Source of the DNA: Leucoraja ocellata
Lineage: Eukaryota
Reading direction: 5' to 3'
NCBI GenBank assembly: GCA_036785375.1
Contig: JAWMAR010000070.1
Location: forward strand, 4,402,001-4,466,000
DNA length: 64,000 bases
Made by a program: the position numbers and the translations under genes. The notes beneath the pieces were generated by a model, which saw only the letters and a program-made list of their open reading frames with translations, made no database searches and was not told the DNA's origin. Position 1 is the stretch's first letter, and each line of letters begins with the position of its first letter. Of the stretch, positions 37,438 to 52,263 are shown one piece after another.

Positions 37438-37758
37438 CGTCAGATACTTCGAGATGAACGTTAAATATTGGATGGTCGGCAGATGTTGTAATTCCACATC
37501 TGTACCATCCTGTATCTCCATCCTGAAGATCGTCCACAGTCACAGTAAATATTCCTCGTGCCGGGTTATCTGTGATTGACACTCTTCCATTCCGACGGTT
37601 TTGCCCATTTGTTTCCACCAACACTGTACATTGGAGACTCCTCCCACGGCACCAGTATTTTGTGTGTGAGCGGTACTCTGCTGCATAGTAACAATCGATT
37701 GTGATCGCTCTTCCCACAACTCCTCTTACATTCCTCTTTGCCCACACTGCTTCTGAAA
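37438..37758 (-). CDS. Gene C V1 exon
   Basis: ORF 37418-37747. Confidence 0.92.
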
Positions 37759-39313
37759 CTGAGGGGAGAAACTTTCAGATCGAGAGAAAATTAACTGTTT
37801 AATGGAAATAGACACATATTGAAGATTACATGAAAGAAAACTTAAATCGTTCAATGATGTGTCATATTGCTTCACGGCCAATGTCTCCGGTCTGAAGTGC
37901 AGGCAGTGCTGCTATTGTACCATTGTGTCAGCGTTAGGGTTCACTTCCCACTCGAGATCCCTGAGCAGAAACTGGGCTGGGATCGCAGTGCGGTACTGAG
38001 GGAGCGCGGCAGTGTTGCAGGAGCTGCCTTTCAACAATCCCAGGCGGTGCCCGGCCTCTCACCCTACAGAAAGACCCCACTTTGCTATTTAATTGACGGT
38101 GCCGCCGGCTACGCTGCCAACATTCATCTCTCAACCGACACTGGGCCGGACCCGTGTTTTTTTTAATTATCAAATTATTTATTCAATTATTAAAAATAAT
38201 ATTTACACTACAATAAAACAAGAACCCAGCACCATAATACAAGACAAACAAATATACTAAATACACTACTATACAACTATGTTACAATGCTTGTCAAGGA
38301 TGTATTCAACCACAGGCGGTGCCCAGATATCCCGGAAATCCCCCAGGTGCCCGTGGACAGCGCCTGGTCCTTCTCGAGTCCCACCCGGACGCGGAAAGCC
38401 GACCCGTGTTTAGACATTCACCGCCGCCAATGCCTTTACAACGCCCTGACTGAGGACAGAGGACGGACGAGTTACGGGTCCATTAACGGAGAGCGTTAGT
38501 AGCGTGACAACGCACACCGCCAGATTCGGGGAATGTTTCTACCCAGCTGTTATCAGACATCGGAATCATCCTCCCATAACCAGAGAGCAGTGCTGAACTA
38601 TCTACCTCTTTGGTGACCCTCGGACTACCCTTGATCGGACTTTGCTGGCCTTACCTTACACTAAACTTTATTTCCCATTCATGTATGTAAGATGATCGAT
38701 TGTAATCATGATCTGGCAGGTTAGCATGCAACATAAAGCTTTTCTCTGTACCTCGGTACACGTGACAATAAACTGAACTTGGATTTCAGCACGACTGGGC
38801 CGCGGATGCGAGAGCGGATGGAGAGAGAGTTGGCGGTGGGTGGATAGAGCGAGGACAGTGGTTCAGTCTCAGACTCCGGGGAATTGTTGGGTTTGCGACA
38901 GAGTTGAGATGGACAAATGCAGGGAATATTTGAACTGACACAATGAGACCACAATCCTGACTTCCACCTCAGTTGTAAACACATTTTGTTAGTGTAGAAT
39001 TAACTTCCTGGTGATGTTAGAACCTCTGTCCTTCGGTCCAGGTGTCTTGGAGTATCTGCTCCAAATACATTCGCTATTTTATGCCTATATATTCCTACCA
39101 TCAGGATGCAATTAGACCACGCGTTAGCGGTGGTTAAACTACGAACATTGTCTAGATATTCAAATGTGATTTCAGATCCATCACCACAATGCACTGAGTT
39201 CCATATCGCCCATTACATGTCTACACACACTTAACCATCTCTGCTGTGGAAAGGGTGCACGGGACCCCAACTAACATTGATCATTGGATTATCAGGATCT
39301 GGCTTTCACTCAC

Positions 39314-39350
39314 CCGGCAGCGAGGCGATGATAAGAATGGGAATCCACAT
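39314..39350 (-). CDS. Gene C leader exon (MWIPILIIASLP)
   Basis: ATG 39350, G|GTGAGT donor. Confidence 0.92.
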
Positions 39351-39452
39351 TGTTTTATCCGCAGTGACGAGACCAGCACTTGTCTGTCTGTCGCTCAGGT
39401 CTGAGCTCTCAGATACAATCGCATCTCTCAAATAGCAATGACTTAGAAGGGA

Positions 39453-39477
39453 ACAGGACGTCAGATCGTGAACCACA
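39453..39477. promoter_or_regulatory. Gene C promoter: ETS core mutated (CAGGACGTCA), RUNX intact
   Basis: Comparison with the three paralogous promoters. Confidence 0.5.
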
Positions 39478-42289
39478 GCGAGCCAGCAGCAGCTCGACAC
39501 GATGTAGTGTGAAAGGCTCAGGGTTATATTTAGCAAATGGTTGGGTCAGATGATCACAGAGTCATACGTCACGGAAACAGGCCCTTCTCCCCAAATCGTT
39601 AGACCAATATGCTCATCTAAGTTAGTCAAATTTGCCCACGCTCGACCCATATCTCCCCAAACCTTCCCTATCCATGGACCTGGCCAAGTGCCCGTTACAT
39701 GTTGTTATTGCAGCTGCTTCAGCCACTTCGTCAAGTGTGATGTATCCGTAAGGATGGAGCGCCGGTTATCTCTGTACTCAGAGTCTGTTAACACTGAACT
39801 GTGGTGGAAATATTGACAGACAAAAAAAATGCAGGAGCAACACTGTGGGCCCGTCAGCACCTCTGGAGAAAATGGATAGATGACGTTTCGGGTCGGGACC
39901 CTTCATGTAAACAATGATACGTTGTATATAATATGACATTTACAAGAGTAAAAATTAGGTTCCACTGCACTGTTTTGTACTGTATTAACTTCTAATAAAA
40001 TAAACAAAAACAAAAAAAAAGAGTAAAAACGTCTAAGATGTGTACACTTCCGCATCATTCCCATTTGATGATTTTGTAAGTGGACCGGCAGACCAAACAC
40101 ATGGAACTTTTGTTTTGGAATATTGATGAAGTGATACACTTAGTGAAGTTAAAGCAAGGTACAATATGCACGGTGAATTGAATTGTTAACTTGTCTTCTT
40201 CACAAGTGCTAATACATTATCAGAGTTGTGGTCATGTACATTCCATTGGTTGATTTTGTACATCTGCTTGCAACGATTTCATTCTGTAGTCAACTAGTTG
40301 TATTATAATATGACTTAATATCTGCTGCGGGCTATCGTTCTGGGTGTGTTACTTTCAGGGGAACAGTACAGTTTATTCGGGTTGTGTACGTCAGTGGCAT
40401 TGTTGTGTATCACGTGGTATAGGTGTAACACACTGATGTGTCCGTCACTGATGTTAGCTGAGCGTTGGCGACCCTCAGTAAAGGATATTTTGTTCTGAGT
40501 TATTTCCTGTTTACTTGCCCAACTAAAAACACTGCAGAGAGGAACCGACGATGCAGTAAAACAATTTAATCCTGTCTTCATTCGCCATTGACCCATGACT
40601 TCTGCAAACACTGCTCAGCAATCAGTGTTACAGCGAGCTGCTCGCAAGATGCGGTTCAGATATACGAATCTACACACTCTTGTTTCAGCAGCGCGAGCAA
40701 AGTGTCAGCACTGCAGAACAATTCAGTATAAAGGGAGAAATTACTGTTTGACCATATTAGATTCAAGTACATTGCAAGTCAGCACCCACCGCTAAACACA
40801 ACAGTGGCATCCACCCGAAATGTCACCCGTTCTTTCCCTCGAGTGATGCCGCCCTTCCCGCGGAATTGCTCCAGTATTTTGTGTATATCTGTGGCATCTC
40901 AGACCATTTATCTCTCATTATCTGAGAGGCACTTTGGGATGTCCTGCAGTGGGGAAATGATCCAACGCAAGATCATTCCTCCCATTAGAACATTAACAAG
41001 CTCAATTTGAACGGGCCAGGCAGCATCAATGTGTCGACAGAATCTGCAAGTCTCTCTGGCTATTCAGCACCCCTCTGATATCCCTGACCTGGGGGTTTGT
41101 GAGTTCACAGCAGTCTCTGGTCTCATGTCCGCGTCTCCCCGCTTACTGTGTGGAGAATATTTATCTTTGTCAGTGGGACATTTCAGCAATCTTTGAATCT
41201 TTCCGAACTTTATGGCGGTTACTCCGTTATTGCAGGTCACCATTTTGTATTCGCAAACAACATCCTTCATAGTTCTTTCATGGGCGGGGCTACAGTCACG
41301 AGTCAGACTAAGGAAAGCAACACAATGTATTTGCAGTTTCACACCCCGCGCTTTGCAAGCTGCAACTCAACCATTTTGTTCTGCACAAGAATAGACTTTC
41401 CACTAGTTTAGTCTGGTTTAGTTTAGCTTAGTTTGGAGATACAGCGAAGAAAACGGCCCTTCGGCCCACCGAGTCCACACTGACCAGCAATCCCCGCACA
41501 TTACACGCACACTGGGGACGATTTACATTTATAGCATGCCAATTGGGTGGGGGGGGGGGGGGGGGGGGTGTTGGATTGAGAGGGAATGCAAGGGTTACTT
41601 GAAGTTTGAGAAGTCAACGTTCACACCGCTGGGGTATAACCAGCCCAAGCGAAATATGAGGTGCAGTTTCTCAAATTTGTGCGGCAACTTACTCTGACAA
41701 TGGAGGATGCCCAGGACAGTAATGTCAGTGTGGGAATGGGAGGGGGGAGTTACCGTGGCTACCGACCGGGACATCAGGTAGGAGCGGACTCAATGGAGGT
41801 GTTCAGCGAAACGATCGCAGTCTAATCAAAACAAATTAGACAAACCGTTTATTGACAACAACCATTTATTAAGAAGCATGCTGTTGCATTATTATTCATT
41901 AATCTGTGAAACAAAGTCCAGGAAATTGTATGCATATAATATAGTTTAACATGGTATAAAACTCTAAAGCAGCAGAAACCACGCAAAGGTTAAAACAATA
42001 GTTCGAAGCTGACGAAAGAAACCTTTGAAGAGGTGGCAAAAATTAAGAAGGTGCAAGCTAGCAGTCTTCATTGTAATTCGTGGGTCGAGTGGCGAGGTTC
42101 TGTGTCATCGCGTCTCTGCAAAAGACAAATGTGAAGTCAAATGTGAAGACTCTCTGACAGTGGGAACCACGCTTTATTTGACCCGACCACTCCCAACACA
42201 TTGCTGTCTGCAAGATGCTAATCCACGAATTAGCTAATCCACTGCCAACGAACCCATACCGGGCACAGAAATCCACCCTGCACGCGTAT

Positions 42290-43987
42290 CCTAAGGAAGA
42301 CATAAATAATTTGCCGGAAATAGCAGGGGACCGGGGGTCAAATGAGATGGAGGAACTGAGTGAAATCCAGGTCAGCCGGGAAGTGGTGTTAGGTAAATTG
42401 AATGGATTAAAGCCCGATAAATCCCCAGGGCCAGATAGGCTGCACCTCAGAGTACTTAAGGAAGTAGCCCCAGAAATAGTGGATGCATTAGTGATAATTT
42501 TTCAAACCCTTTAGATTCTGGAGTAGTTCCTGAGGATTGGAGGGTAGCTAATGTAACCCCACTTTTTAAAAAGGGAGGGAGAGAGAAAACGGGGTATTAC
42601 AGACCAGTTAGTCTAACGTCGGTAGTGGGGAAACTGCTAGAATCAGTTATTAAAGATGGGATAGCAGCACATTTGGAAAGTGGTGAAATCATTGGACAAA
42701 GTCAGCATGGATTTATGAAAGGTAAATCATGTCTGACAAATCTTATAGAATTTTTCGAGGATGTAATTAGTAGAGTGGATAAGGGAGAGGATGTGTTATA
42801 TCTGGACTTTCAGAAGGCTTTCGACAATGTACCACAAAAGAGATTAGCATACAAACTTAAAGCACACGCATTGGGGGATCAGTATTGATGTGGATAGAGA
42901 ACTGGCTGGCAGACAGGAAGAGTAGGAGTAAACGGGTCCTTTTCACAATGGCAGGCAGTGACTAGTGGGGTACCGCAAGGCTCAGTGATGGGACCCCAGC
43001 TATTTACGATATATATTAATGATTTGGACGAGCGGATTGAATGCAACATCTCCAGGTTTGCGGATGACACGAAGCTGGGGGGCAGTGTTAGCTGTGAGGA
43101 GGATGCTAGGAGGCTGCAAGGTGGCTTGGATAGGCTGGGTGAGTGGGCAAATGCATGGCAGATGCAGTATAATGTGGATAAATGTGAGGTTATCCACTTT
43201 GGTGGCAAAAACAGGAAAGTAGACTTATATCTGAATGGTGGCCGATTAGGAAAGGGGGAGATGGAACGAGACCTGGGTGTCATGGTACACCAGTCATTAA
43301 AAGTAGGCATGCAGGTGCAGCAGGCAGTGAAGAAGGCGAATGGCATGTTAGCATTCATAGCAAAAGGATTTGAGTATAGGAGCAGGGAGGTTCTACTGCA
43401 GTTGTACAGGGTCTTGGTGAGACCACACCTGGAGTATTGCGTACAGTTTTGGTTTCCTAATCTGAGGAAAGACATTCCTGCCATAGAGGGAGTACAGAGA
43501 AGGTTCACCAGACTGATTCCTGTGATGTCAGGGCTTTCATATGAAGAAAGACTGGATAGACTCGGTTTGTACTCGCTAGAATTTAGAAGTTTGAGGGGGG
43601 ATCTTATAGAAACTTACAAAATTCTTAAGGGGTTGGATAGGCTAGATCCAGGAAGATTGTTCCCGATGTTGGGGAAGTCCAGAACAAGGGGTCACAGTTT
43701 AAAGATAAGGGGGAAATCTTGTATGACTGAGATGAGGAAAACCTTTTTCACACAGAGATTGGTGAATCTCTGGAAATCTCTGCCGCAGAAGGTAGTTGAG
43801 GCCAGTTCATTGGCTATATTTAAGAGGGACTTAGATGTGACCCTTGTGGCTAAAGGGATCAGGGGGTATGGAGAGAAGGCAGGTACAGGATACTGGGTTG
43901 GATGATCAGCCATGATCATATTGAATGGCGGTGCAAACTCGAAGGTCCGAATGGCCTACTACTGCACCTATTTTCTATGTTTCTATG
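42290..43987 (+). mobile_element. CR1 LINE (RT to 3' end)
   Basis: ORF 42958-43905: [25 protein letters not shown]; ctatgtttctatg tail; same insertion site as 61311-63770. Confidence 0.95.
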
Positions 43988-44036
43988 GCCTAATTCTGCT
44001 CCTATAATTTATGAACATGATGACAGTAAACCCTAC

Positions 44037-44127
44037 CTTTGAGCCTCTTGCGAACACCGCGGTTGAGATACTCCAGATCACAAGCAGGAGAAAGAACATC
44101 CAGCGCCCCACTTCCCATGAGATGTAA
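44037..44127 (-). CDS. Gene D TM exon with membrane Arg
   Basis: YISWEVGRWMFFLLLVIWSISTAVFARGSK; donor GTAGGG. Confidence 0.83.
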
Positions 44128-44195
44128 CTGGGCAAACGGCAAGAAATACAGAGTCAATGGCAGGAAACGAGACGGTTAATCTTTGCAGCATTTAC

Positions 44196-44261
44196 CTGTT
44201 ATTTGCTTCATAATCTTGGTGAAGTGGAGCGGGGCGAAGCGGCATCGTCAGTGGAGACCAT
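44196..44261 (-). CDS. Gene D candidate stalk exon
   Basis: Paralog of 26686-26751, frame conserved. Confidence 0.6.
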
Positions 44262-44425
44262 CTTTGTAAAAGAACGGGTGTTGGACTGTGGGGAGGCGGG
44301 GGGGGGGGGGGGACAACATATGATCACCAATTGTTGACGTCATTGCTGGGGCATGGCTACAAGACTGGGAATGAGAGACTACGCGGTTAAATGGATTCAG
44401 AGAAGACATATAAATAAATCACGAG

Positions 44426-44520
44426 ATTACACAAAAAAGCTGGAGAAACTCAGCGGGTGCAGCAGCATCTATGGAGCGAAGGAAATAGGCAACGTTTCGG
44501 GCCGAAACCCTTCTTCAGAC
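44426..44520 (-). mobile_element. 95-bp Penelope-derived mini-element with hammerhead core, 15-bp TSD
   Basis: taaataaRtcaYgag at 44411-44425 and 44521-44535; empty site in gene C ~26915. Confidence 0.78.
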
Positions 44521-46147
44521 TAAATAAGTCATGAGTCGGGGCAGTGGAATACAATGAGTTGGGGCAGTGAATACAAAACAGATGGACACAAAATGTTGGA
44601 GAAACAGCGGGAGAGGCAGCATCTCTCTGGAGAGAAGGAATGCGCGAAGTTCCGGGTCGAGACCCTTCTTCAGACTGAGAGTCACGGGAGAGGGAAACTG
44701 TGGATGTGGAAGGATACAAAGAACAGTGTGATACCCTGGAAGAAATAAAATGCAGCTGCAAGGAAGTTTATAATAAAATCCATTGGGATAGGAATAATAA
44801 AAACGGATCAATTCCAATAATGGAAGGGAGATGGGCAACAAAAATGGAAACAGATGAGGCCAATTAATAAAATAAATTTTAAAATGATTATGCTTAATGT
44901 CACGCCCTGGATACTTCGTGCATCAACGCGGTAGGTGTGTGGATGGAGGAATTGTGTTCGAAAAATCGGTTAAAGATTCGCTCATAACGGCGTGGCTTTC
45001 ATGAACATTTGCTAACGCAAGTATAACACAAGAGTGTGATAGAAAGTCAGATATATTTCAATTGTATTAAGATAAATAACAAAGTGTTCTCATTTTCATG
45101 AATATATTATGATTGAATGTTTAATGGTTTCAATTATCAACGAGTAAGAGAGAGTCAGTTAACTCATTTTGCTGTATTCGGTCTGATTCAAGACAATTTT
45201 CTGACATTCTGCGCCAGCGATTTTCTGGTGTATGGCCCCATCAATGACAAGGTGTTGCCACAAGTGATATCATGGGGAGTGTGGCGTAGCCCATCATTCA
45301 TAAAGCATTTTCCTATCAGCACCACACAAGAGGAATTCACAGCAAAGCTAAACTGGAAGACTAAGGTTTGGGAACTATATTAATCTCACAGCATGGGATG
45401 AGGTGAGTGATGGAGCAGTCATGTTGAATACTGCAGGGAGCGCTCTCTGAAAAGCATCAAATGGAGGAACTTGTTCTTATCATCCAAGCATGTACACAAC
45501 ACAATGAGATGTAAACAAGTGCGATTCCCCTTCTGATGAGTTAACTAATAACTGGTTTGCAAGTTATATTTATTGTATTAAATAATATTTAATAGATACG
45601 TTTATATTTGGTGTCAGGCTTGAAACTTGTACAACAATTGTGCTTCGTGACATTTAGGTTCATTGGATCAAAGACCCATAGAGAAACACAGTATAGAAAC
45701 AGGCCATTTCCGTCAACTGCATTCACATGATTCCTGTGTCAATCCTATTTTTATTTCCCCCACTTTCTCATCAACTACCACCCACACCCCCACCCACCCC
45801 CCTGCCCCCTCCCCCACCCCACCCATTCTTCACAGATTCAGCCACTCTCCTGTACACATGGGACAATTTACAACTGGCACATCTTTGGGAGCTGGGAGGA
45901 AACTGAATGAAACCAACACAATTAAAGGCAAAACATGCAGATCACACACAGACAACACCCATTAAACCTATGTCGTGGCGTTGCGAGACTGTGTTTCTAT
46001 AGGCTTTGCCACTGTGCATTCAGATCAATACTCTCACGCATTTAATGCCAGTGAAAGGAAGGCACAACTTTCCCCCAATTAAAGCATTCCCAATCAAAAC
46101 ACCAGCAATTAGTACATGCAATTTTCATTGGAAACAGAGCGGTTTAC

Positions 46148-46196
46148 CTTGCAGAGTAATTGGATGTTATCGAATTTTCACAAGAATATTCATGAC
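46148..46196 (-). CDS. Gene D Cys mini-exon (GHEYSCENSITSNYSA)
   Basis: Paralogy and canonical sites. Confidence 0.85.
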
Positions 46197-47420
46197 CTGT
46201 TTGCACAAGGAAATAAAATTCAGTTTCACTGCTTTTCACTTGCAGTTGAGCAAGGAGGTATGATTTTCCGATTTGCAGCAAATGGGAGATGTTGTCATGA
46301 TAAGCAGGAATGCTTTTAACCACGTTGGCTCTGTAGACGGCACGGTGCCGCAGCGGTGGAGTTGCTGCCTTCCAGGGCCAGAGACCCAGGTTTGATCCTG
46401 ACTACGGATGCTGCCTATACGGAATTTGTCCCTCCTACCTGTGATCGCGTGGGTTTCTTCAAGTACTCCAGTTTCCCCCAGCGTTCCAAAGTCGTGCAGG
46501 TTTGTAGGTTAATTGGCTTCTGTAAATTGTCCCTATGGAACTAGTCTATTGGTGAATACTGGGCTGTGTGCACTCAGTGGGCCGATGAGCCTGTTTCAAA
46601 CCTGTATCCATAATGTAATCTAAAGAGTGCAATTTCACTTGAGAGGAATATTGCTTGGGATGAAACATTACAGTTATGGGGAGGGGTTTGAAGGGGCATT
46701 ATAAAAGTCCATGCAGAACAGGTGAGGAATGGGGGACCTATTGCAGGTGTGCAAAACTGTGAGCTGCAAAGATTAAGTATTTTTAGAAAAACTTGCACGG
46801 CAGACATGTGTAAATGTGGAGAACATATGGTTAAGTTCAGGAGCAGGATGTTTCAAGGGTCTCAAGACATATTTTTAAACGCAGAAAACTGAGGTGCCTG
46901 AATTGCCACAATGGACGAGGTGCTGGTAAATGGGATTGTATCGATGGCACTGAATGGTCAACATTAACACAGTGGACCAAATCTGATACCGTCGTCCACG
47001 AGTTAACTGTGGCCACATTTACTGCTAGTTTCTGTTCCCTTCCCATATTTGAGTGTCGGTCATGTGGCGATGATGGCGGGAAAGTGAAAGTGCTTGGGCT
47101 GATGTCACTGCAAACCCAGTTTAAAGCTGTGTAAACATAAGAGGAAGTTCTAGCCAGGAAGCTGGTCTACACCAGCGCTGGGGAATCTATGTCTGGAGCC
47201 CAGCAACCAAGTATTGACAAATGGGCCATAATTCCTTCATTTAAATAACGTGCATGGATTTCAGGGTGTCGGGGGTTATGTGGAGAACGCAGGAGAATGG
47301 GATGAAGAGGGGAGATAGATCAGCCATGATTGAATGGTCTATTTCTGCTTCTATCACGTGATCTTATGAACCACCCCACCCCCACTTCCCCTTCTTCTCC
47401 TCATTCCCTCCACTACTTAC

Positions 47421-47741
47421 CAGTGCCGTTGATTTTCACCAGGAAACTGCAGGGCACGTCACTGCTGGAGATGGACACGTTGACCATTTCACTGGATTTT
47501 GATCCATTATTATTTGAGGCTGTGCAATAATATTGATGGTGCTGGTGTTTGAAGGATTGACAATGTAGATCCAGGGCTCTGTTGTCTGAGATCTTTGAAT
47601 CCCCAGATGGGGTCTGTTCATACCAGGTGTAGCTAATGGGAAGGGATCCCCGGACCGACTCACAGGACACTGACACTGAGCCGCCGAGACAGGGTTCATT
47701 GGCTGGTGACAGGAATCCAAGCACAGGAACAGACATGGGTT
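47421..47741 (-). CDS. Gene D C2b exon
   Basis: ORF 47413-47805. Confidence 0.92.
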
Positions 47742-48923
47742 CTGTTGGAAAAGAGCAAACATTCAGACACTGAGTAAACATCTGAAAATCGCCAATATCC
47801 ACCATCTCTGTATCTTAGCCAGAGCCGCCAAGTTGGAATCTGACCCATCCATCTACATAGAGTCATAGAGTCATGCAGCGTAGAAACAGGCCCTTCGATG
47901 TAACTTGCCCGCGCTGACCAACACGCCCAATCTGCACTAGTTCCACCTGCCCTTTCTTGGCCCTTAATCCTCTAAACATATCATATTCATATAACTGTCT
48001 AATATTTTCTTAAATGTTACGATAGTACCTGCCACAACTACTTCTGTCGGCAGTTCATGTCATGTACCTACCAACCTTTATGTAAAAACATTACTCCCTA
48101 GGTTCTTGTTAAATCATTCCCCCCTCATATTAAACATATGTCCTCCGGTTCTGGATTCTCCTACTCTGAGTAAAAGACTCTGTGTATTTACTCGATCTAT
48201 TCCTCGCATAATGTTTTACCTGCCATCAGATCAACCCACATCCTGCTGCGCTCCAAGAAATAAAGCCCCAATCTGCTCAACCCCTCCCTGTATGCCAGGC
48301 CCTCAAGTCATCGCAACATCCTTGTAAGTCTTCCCTGCTCATTCTCCACACAATTTACCAGATTTAATTATCTCTGTGCCTCTCCATCCTCCCAGCTGCC
48401 AGAACTACCATGTCTGCCACTGTGCCAGGACACAGCAGCACCATCTCTCTTTGTTTTACAATTCCAGCATCTGCCGTTAATATGTTTTAATCTAAACCTC
48501 TGCCACAATTCTACAATATCAACATTCAAACACTTCATTAGTGCAACATAATCACTATCAACAACTTTTTAATTTCCTTGCATAAAATAGTTGATAGTGA
48601 TACTGTTGCACTAATGAGGTGTGTGAATGGCGGTATTGTAGAATTGTGTGCAGGGAGCGAATGGGGAAGTGGAATAACATAGAACTAGTGTGACCGGTGA
48701 TCGCTAGTTGGTGAGGACTCTGTGGGCCACAGGATCAGTTTCAATGTTACATTTGTACACTATTACTAAATATCCGGGTGAACATGTTTCTGTAAACTCT
48801 ACAAACCGTTCACATCTTTTGTTTTATAAAGCGGCGACCAGAACTGTGCACCAGACTCCCACCTAACACATGTTTTGCCCGTTGCCAAAGTGGAGACATA
48901 AAGTCACCCATTGAGAAACCTAC

Positions 48924-49241
48924 CTTCAGATACTTGGAGATATACTTTAAATGTTGGTTCGCCAGGTGTAGTAATTCCACATCTGTACCATCCTCTATCT
49001 CCAGAGTGAAGATCCTCCACAGTCACAGTAAATATTCCTCGTGCCGGGTTAACTGTGATTGACACTCTTCCGCTCTGTCCATGTTTCCCATTTGTTTCCA
49101 CTACATGTGGACACTGGCGACTTGTCTCACGACACCAGTATTTTGTGTGTGAGCGGTACACTGCTGCATAGTGACAATCGATTGAGATCGTTCTTCCCAC
49201 AACCCCTCGCACTTCGCTCTCAGCCCACAGTGCGCCTGAAA
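48924..49241 (-). CDS. Gene D V4 exon
   Basis: ORF 48904-49254. Confidence 0.92.
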
Positions 49242-50447
49242 CTGAAGGAAACAACTTTCATAAATTGAAGAGCAAAATTAGCCTTTCACAAACATACACA
49301 TTCCAGTATACAAGGGAGTCCGCCGACTCATTTTCTTAGCTGTGTTGAATTCCACCTAGATTGCGATGAGAGACAGATACTGTACACCGGCCCTCACCAC
49401 CTGCACAGGTCGTTCCAAAGCGCTTCCCAGCCAATGTGGGTGTGAATGGTGAAGAATGATGCATTGAACACGGAGCCTCTTGCAATTGGAAGGCGCTGTC
49501 TAGGGAGTCTTGGTGAGTTACTGCAGTGCATCGTGCAGATGGTGCAAACTGCTGCTGCTCTGCATCAGCGGGCGAGGTTGAGGATGGGGTGTCTATCATG
49601 CGCGATTCTGGGTCATGACAAACCAAACATAAGTGTTCGGCGAAATTGTAGCCTAGGCCAGTGCTTCTTAAACTGATGAATGGTTCACCCAAGGGCGAAT
49701 GAAATTATTTTGGCGTAAATTAGTTAATTTATGTTTTTTGCTCATGCGACAAAATCAATTATCTATAAAAATTATGCACAAGTGAAAATAAGATGATAAT
49801 AACCAAAATAACATAAGAACATATAGTGGAGGGTGAATTAAATCTTGTAATAAAGACTTAAGGGCGAATGACACTGTAATAGTTTATTAAGAACTGGCCT
49901 TGTATAAAATTGGTCTCGCTGATGTAAACCATTCACACCCTCTTCTGGACTTCCAATATGAGCGTCTCCACACCTACAGGGAAGTTCTTTTCAAAATTAT
50001 CTTTGACAAAAGTAAGGGTTATACTTGATGGAGTGACGGCCAAGTAGATTCCAATTTAATTTTGTGAGATTACTGGAGTTTAACACAAATTAACAGAGTT
50101 AAAATCATGAACATGATCATGAAATTGTACATCCTTGGTTATAACTGATGATGGATCCAAACAGAATGAATTTGGTTACTTTCTCTGTCTCAAAATGCGG
50201 CAGCCAGAAAATAATGTTGATGGAATGCACTCAACCCGCAGGTATTTCTCTCATTTGCTGAAATTTCTCAACACCTCCCAGGTGAAAGCAACAGGCAATC
50301 ATTTACCAGTCCCCCAAACAAACTCTCGCATTTTACACCATGAGCTCCCGGTGGCTGCAATGATGCCGTCTGCAAATAACAAGAAATCCATGAACATCAT
50401 CACAAGGCGAATAGCAGCAGGTTCAGGGACACGAGAAGAACACTCAC

Positions 50448-50768
50448 CTGCATTGTTGATTTCTGTCACATAACTGCACGTTCCTGCTCCTTTGAAGACT
50501 TTCACGTTGAGTATTTCACTGGATTTTGTCCCACGATTATTTGAGGCTGTGCAGTAATATTGACGATGTTGACCTTCGAGGATTTCACAACTCAGATCCA
50601 GTTGATTGCCAGACACGGTAGTTGAAACCCAATGCTCGTTCTTCTCAAACCATGTGTAATGGATGGGAAGGGATCCACGGACAGACTCACACGACACTGA
50701 CACTGAGCCTCCGAGATGTGAGGCATTTGCTGGTGACAGATATCTGAGCACAGGAGCAGACATGGGTT
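50448..50768 (-). CDS. Gene D C2a exon
   Basis: ORF 50299-50763. Confidence 0.92.
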
Positions 50769-52263
50769 CTGTGGGAATGGAGCAAACATTCAGTCACCTG
50801 TATGAACAGTTAAAAACCAAACACATGCTGAATCTCAGCAGCCCTTTATCTCAGCCCGAACCGTCCGGTTGATATCTCACCGGCTCATCTACATCTCTGT
50901 GAGTGTGCGAAGCCCAGAAACTGAAGAAGGTTAGAGTTATAGAGAACCGAAAGATGCCCATCACAACAGCTCATTCATGCCGACCAACATGTCTTTCTGG
51001 ACCATTTCCAGATGTCCACGTTTCTCCCTTATCACTCGCAATGATCCCAATCTACGCAAATATCAAAAAAATATTTTAAATGCTGCTATTCTAACTGCCT
51101 TAACACCTTCCCCTGGCAGCAGGTTCCATATAAATATCACCCAATGTGTGGAAAATGTTGCCCCTCAGAACATATGTTGGGATGTTACGTCCCTTTAAGA
51201 TGGACACAAAATGCAGGAGTAACTCGGCGGATTAGGCAGCATCTTTCGAGAGAAGGAATGGGTGACGTTTCGAATCGTGACACTTCTTCAGCCTGAGAAC
51301 CATGAGAAAGGGAGACAGAAGAGAAATGGAAGGGTACGGTGTGAAAACAAGTGATCAAAGGTGAAAATGTTTTAAAAAATGTAGAATGGATCATTGTCAG
51401 CTGAAGGGAAGGCATAGAATCAGTAAAATATAATCTGGAGGGCAGTGAAAATAATTGGAGGCTTCGGATGGGGCGGGATGGAGACAGGAGTAAAGCAAGG
51501 GTTACTTGAAGTTAGAGAAGTCAATATTCAAACCGCTGGGTTGTAAGCTGCCCAAGCGAAATATGAGGCACTGTTCCTCCAATTTGCTTTTGGCCTCACT
51601 CTGCAGGGGAGGAGGTCCGGGACAGAAAGATCAGTTTGGGAATGGGAGGGGGAATAAAGGTGTTTTGCAATCGGGATGTAGCGTAGGCCGAGGAACACTG
51701 TGCGGAATTGTTCAGCGAAACGATCGCCGAGCCTGCGTTGGGTCTCCCATCTACTGTATCTGCTTGTTCACACCTGGAACAGCGGATATAGTAGAGGAGG
51801 TTAGAAGAGATGCAAGTGAACCTCTGACTCACCCGGAAATACTGTTGGAGCCTTGGACGGAGTAGAAGCGGGATATATAGGGACTGGTGTTGCATCTCCT
51901 GCAGTTGTAGGGGAAGGTATCTGGGGACGGGGTGGGAAAGGACGAGTTGACCAGGTAGTTGCGGAGTCTGTCGGGTTATTAGTTTGAGTCGGAATGCAAA
52001 CCTCTGACAGGGTGACATTTCATACAGTTCAGAGGCAGGGAAATGTGCTGAGCATCCCACTTGACGTGGGTGGCCGCTCAGTGGGACAGAGCCCGCACTG
52101 GGTGAGAGCAACATGAGTGGGGTTTCCCGACCCCCGCCCGTTCCCCGCAGGTCTCTGCACTGCTGCGGAGCCTCGGGATATCGGTGCTGCACTGACCCTT
52201 CCCGGAGAGAAAATAGATTAGGCATTTCAGTGGACACGTCAAGTCAATCGCTGCGAAACGTAC

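Larger units (their letters stand above)
25904..39350 (-). other. Gene C: activating-type receptor L-V1-V2-V3-C2a-V4-C2b-miniexon-stalk-TM(Arg); 722 codons through the TM exon if the stalk is used
   Basis: All exons open, with compatible phases. Confidence 0.82.
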
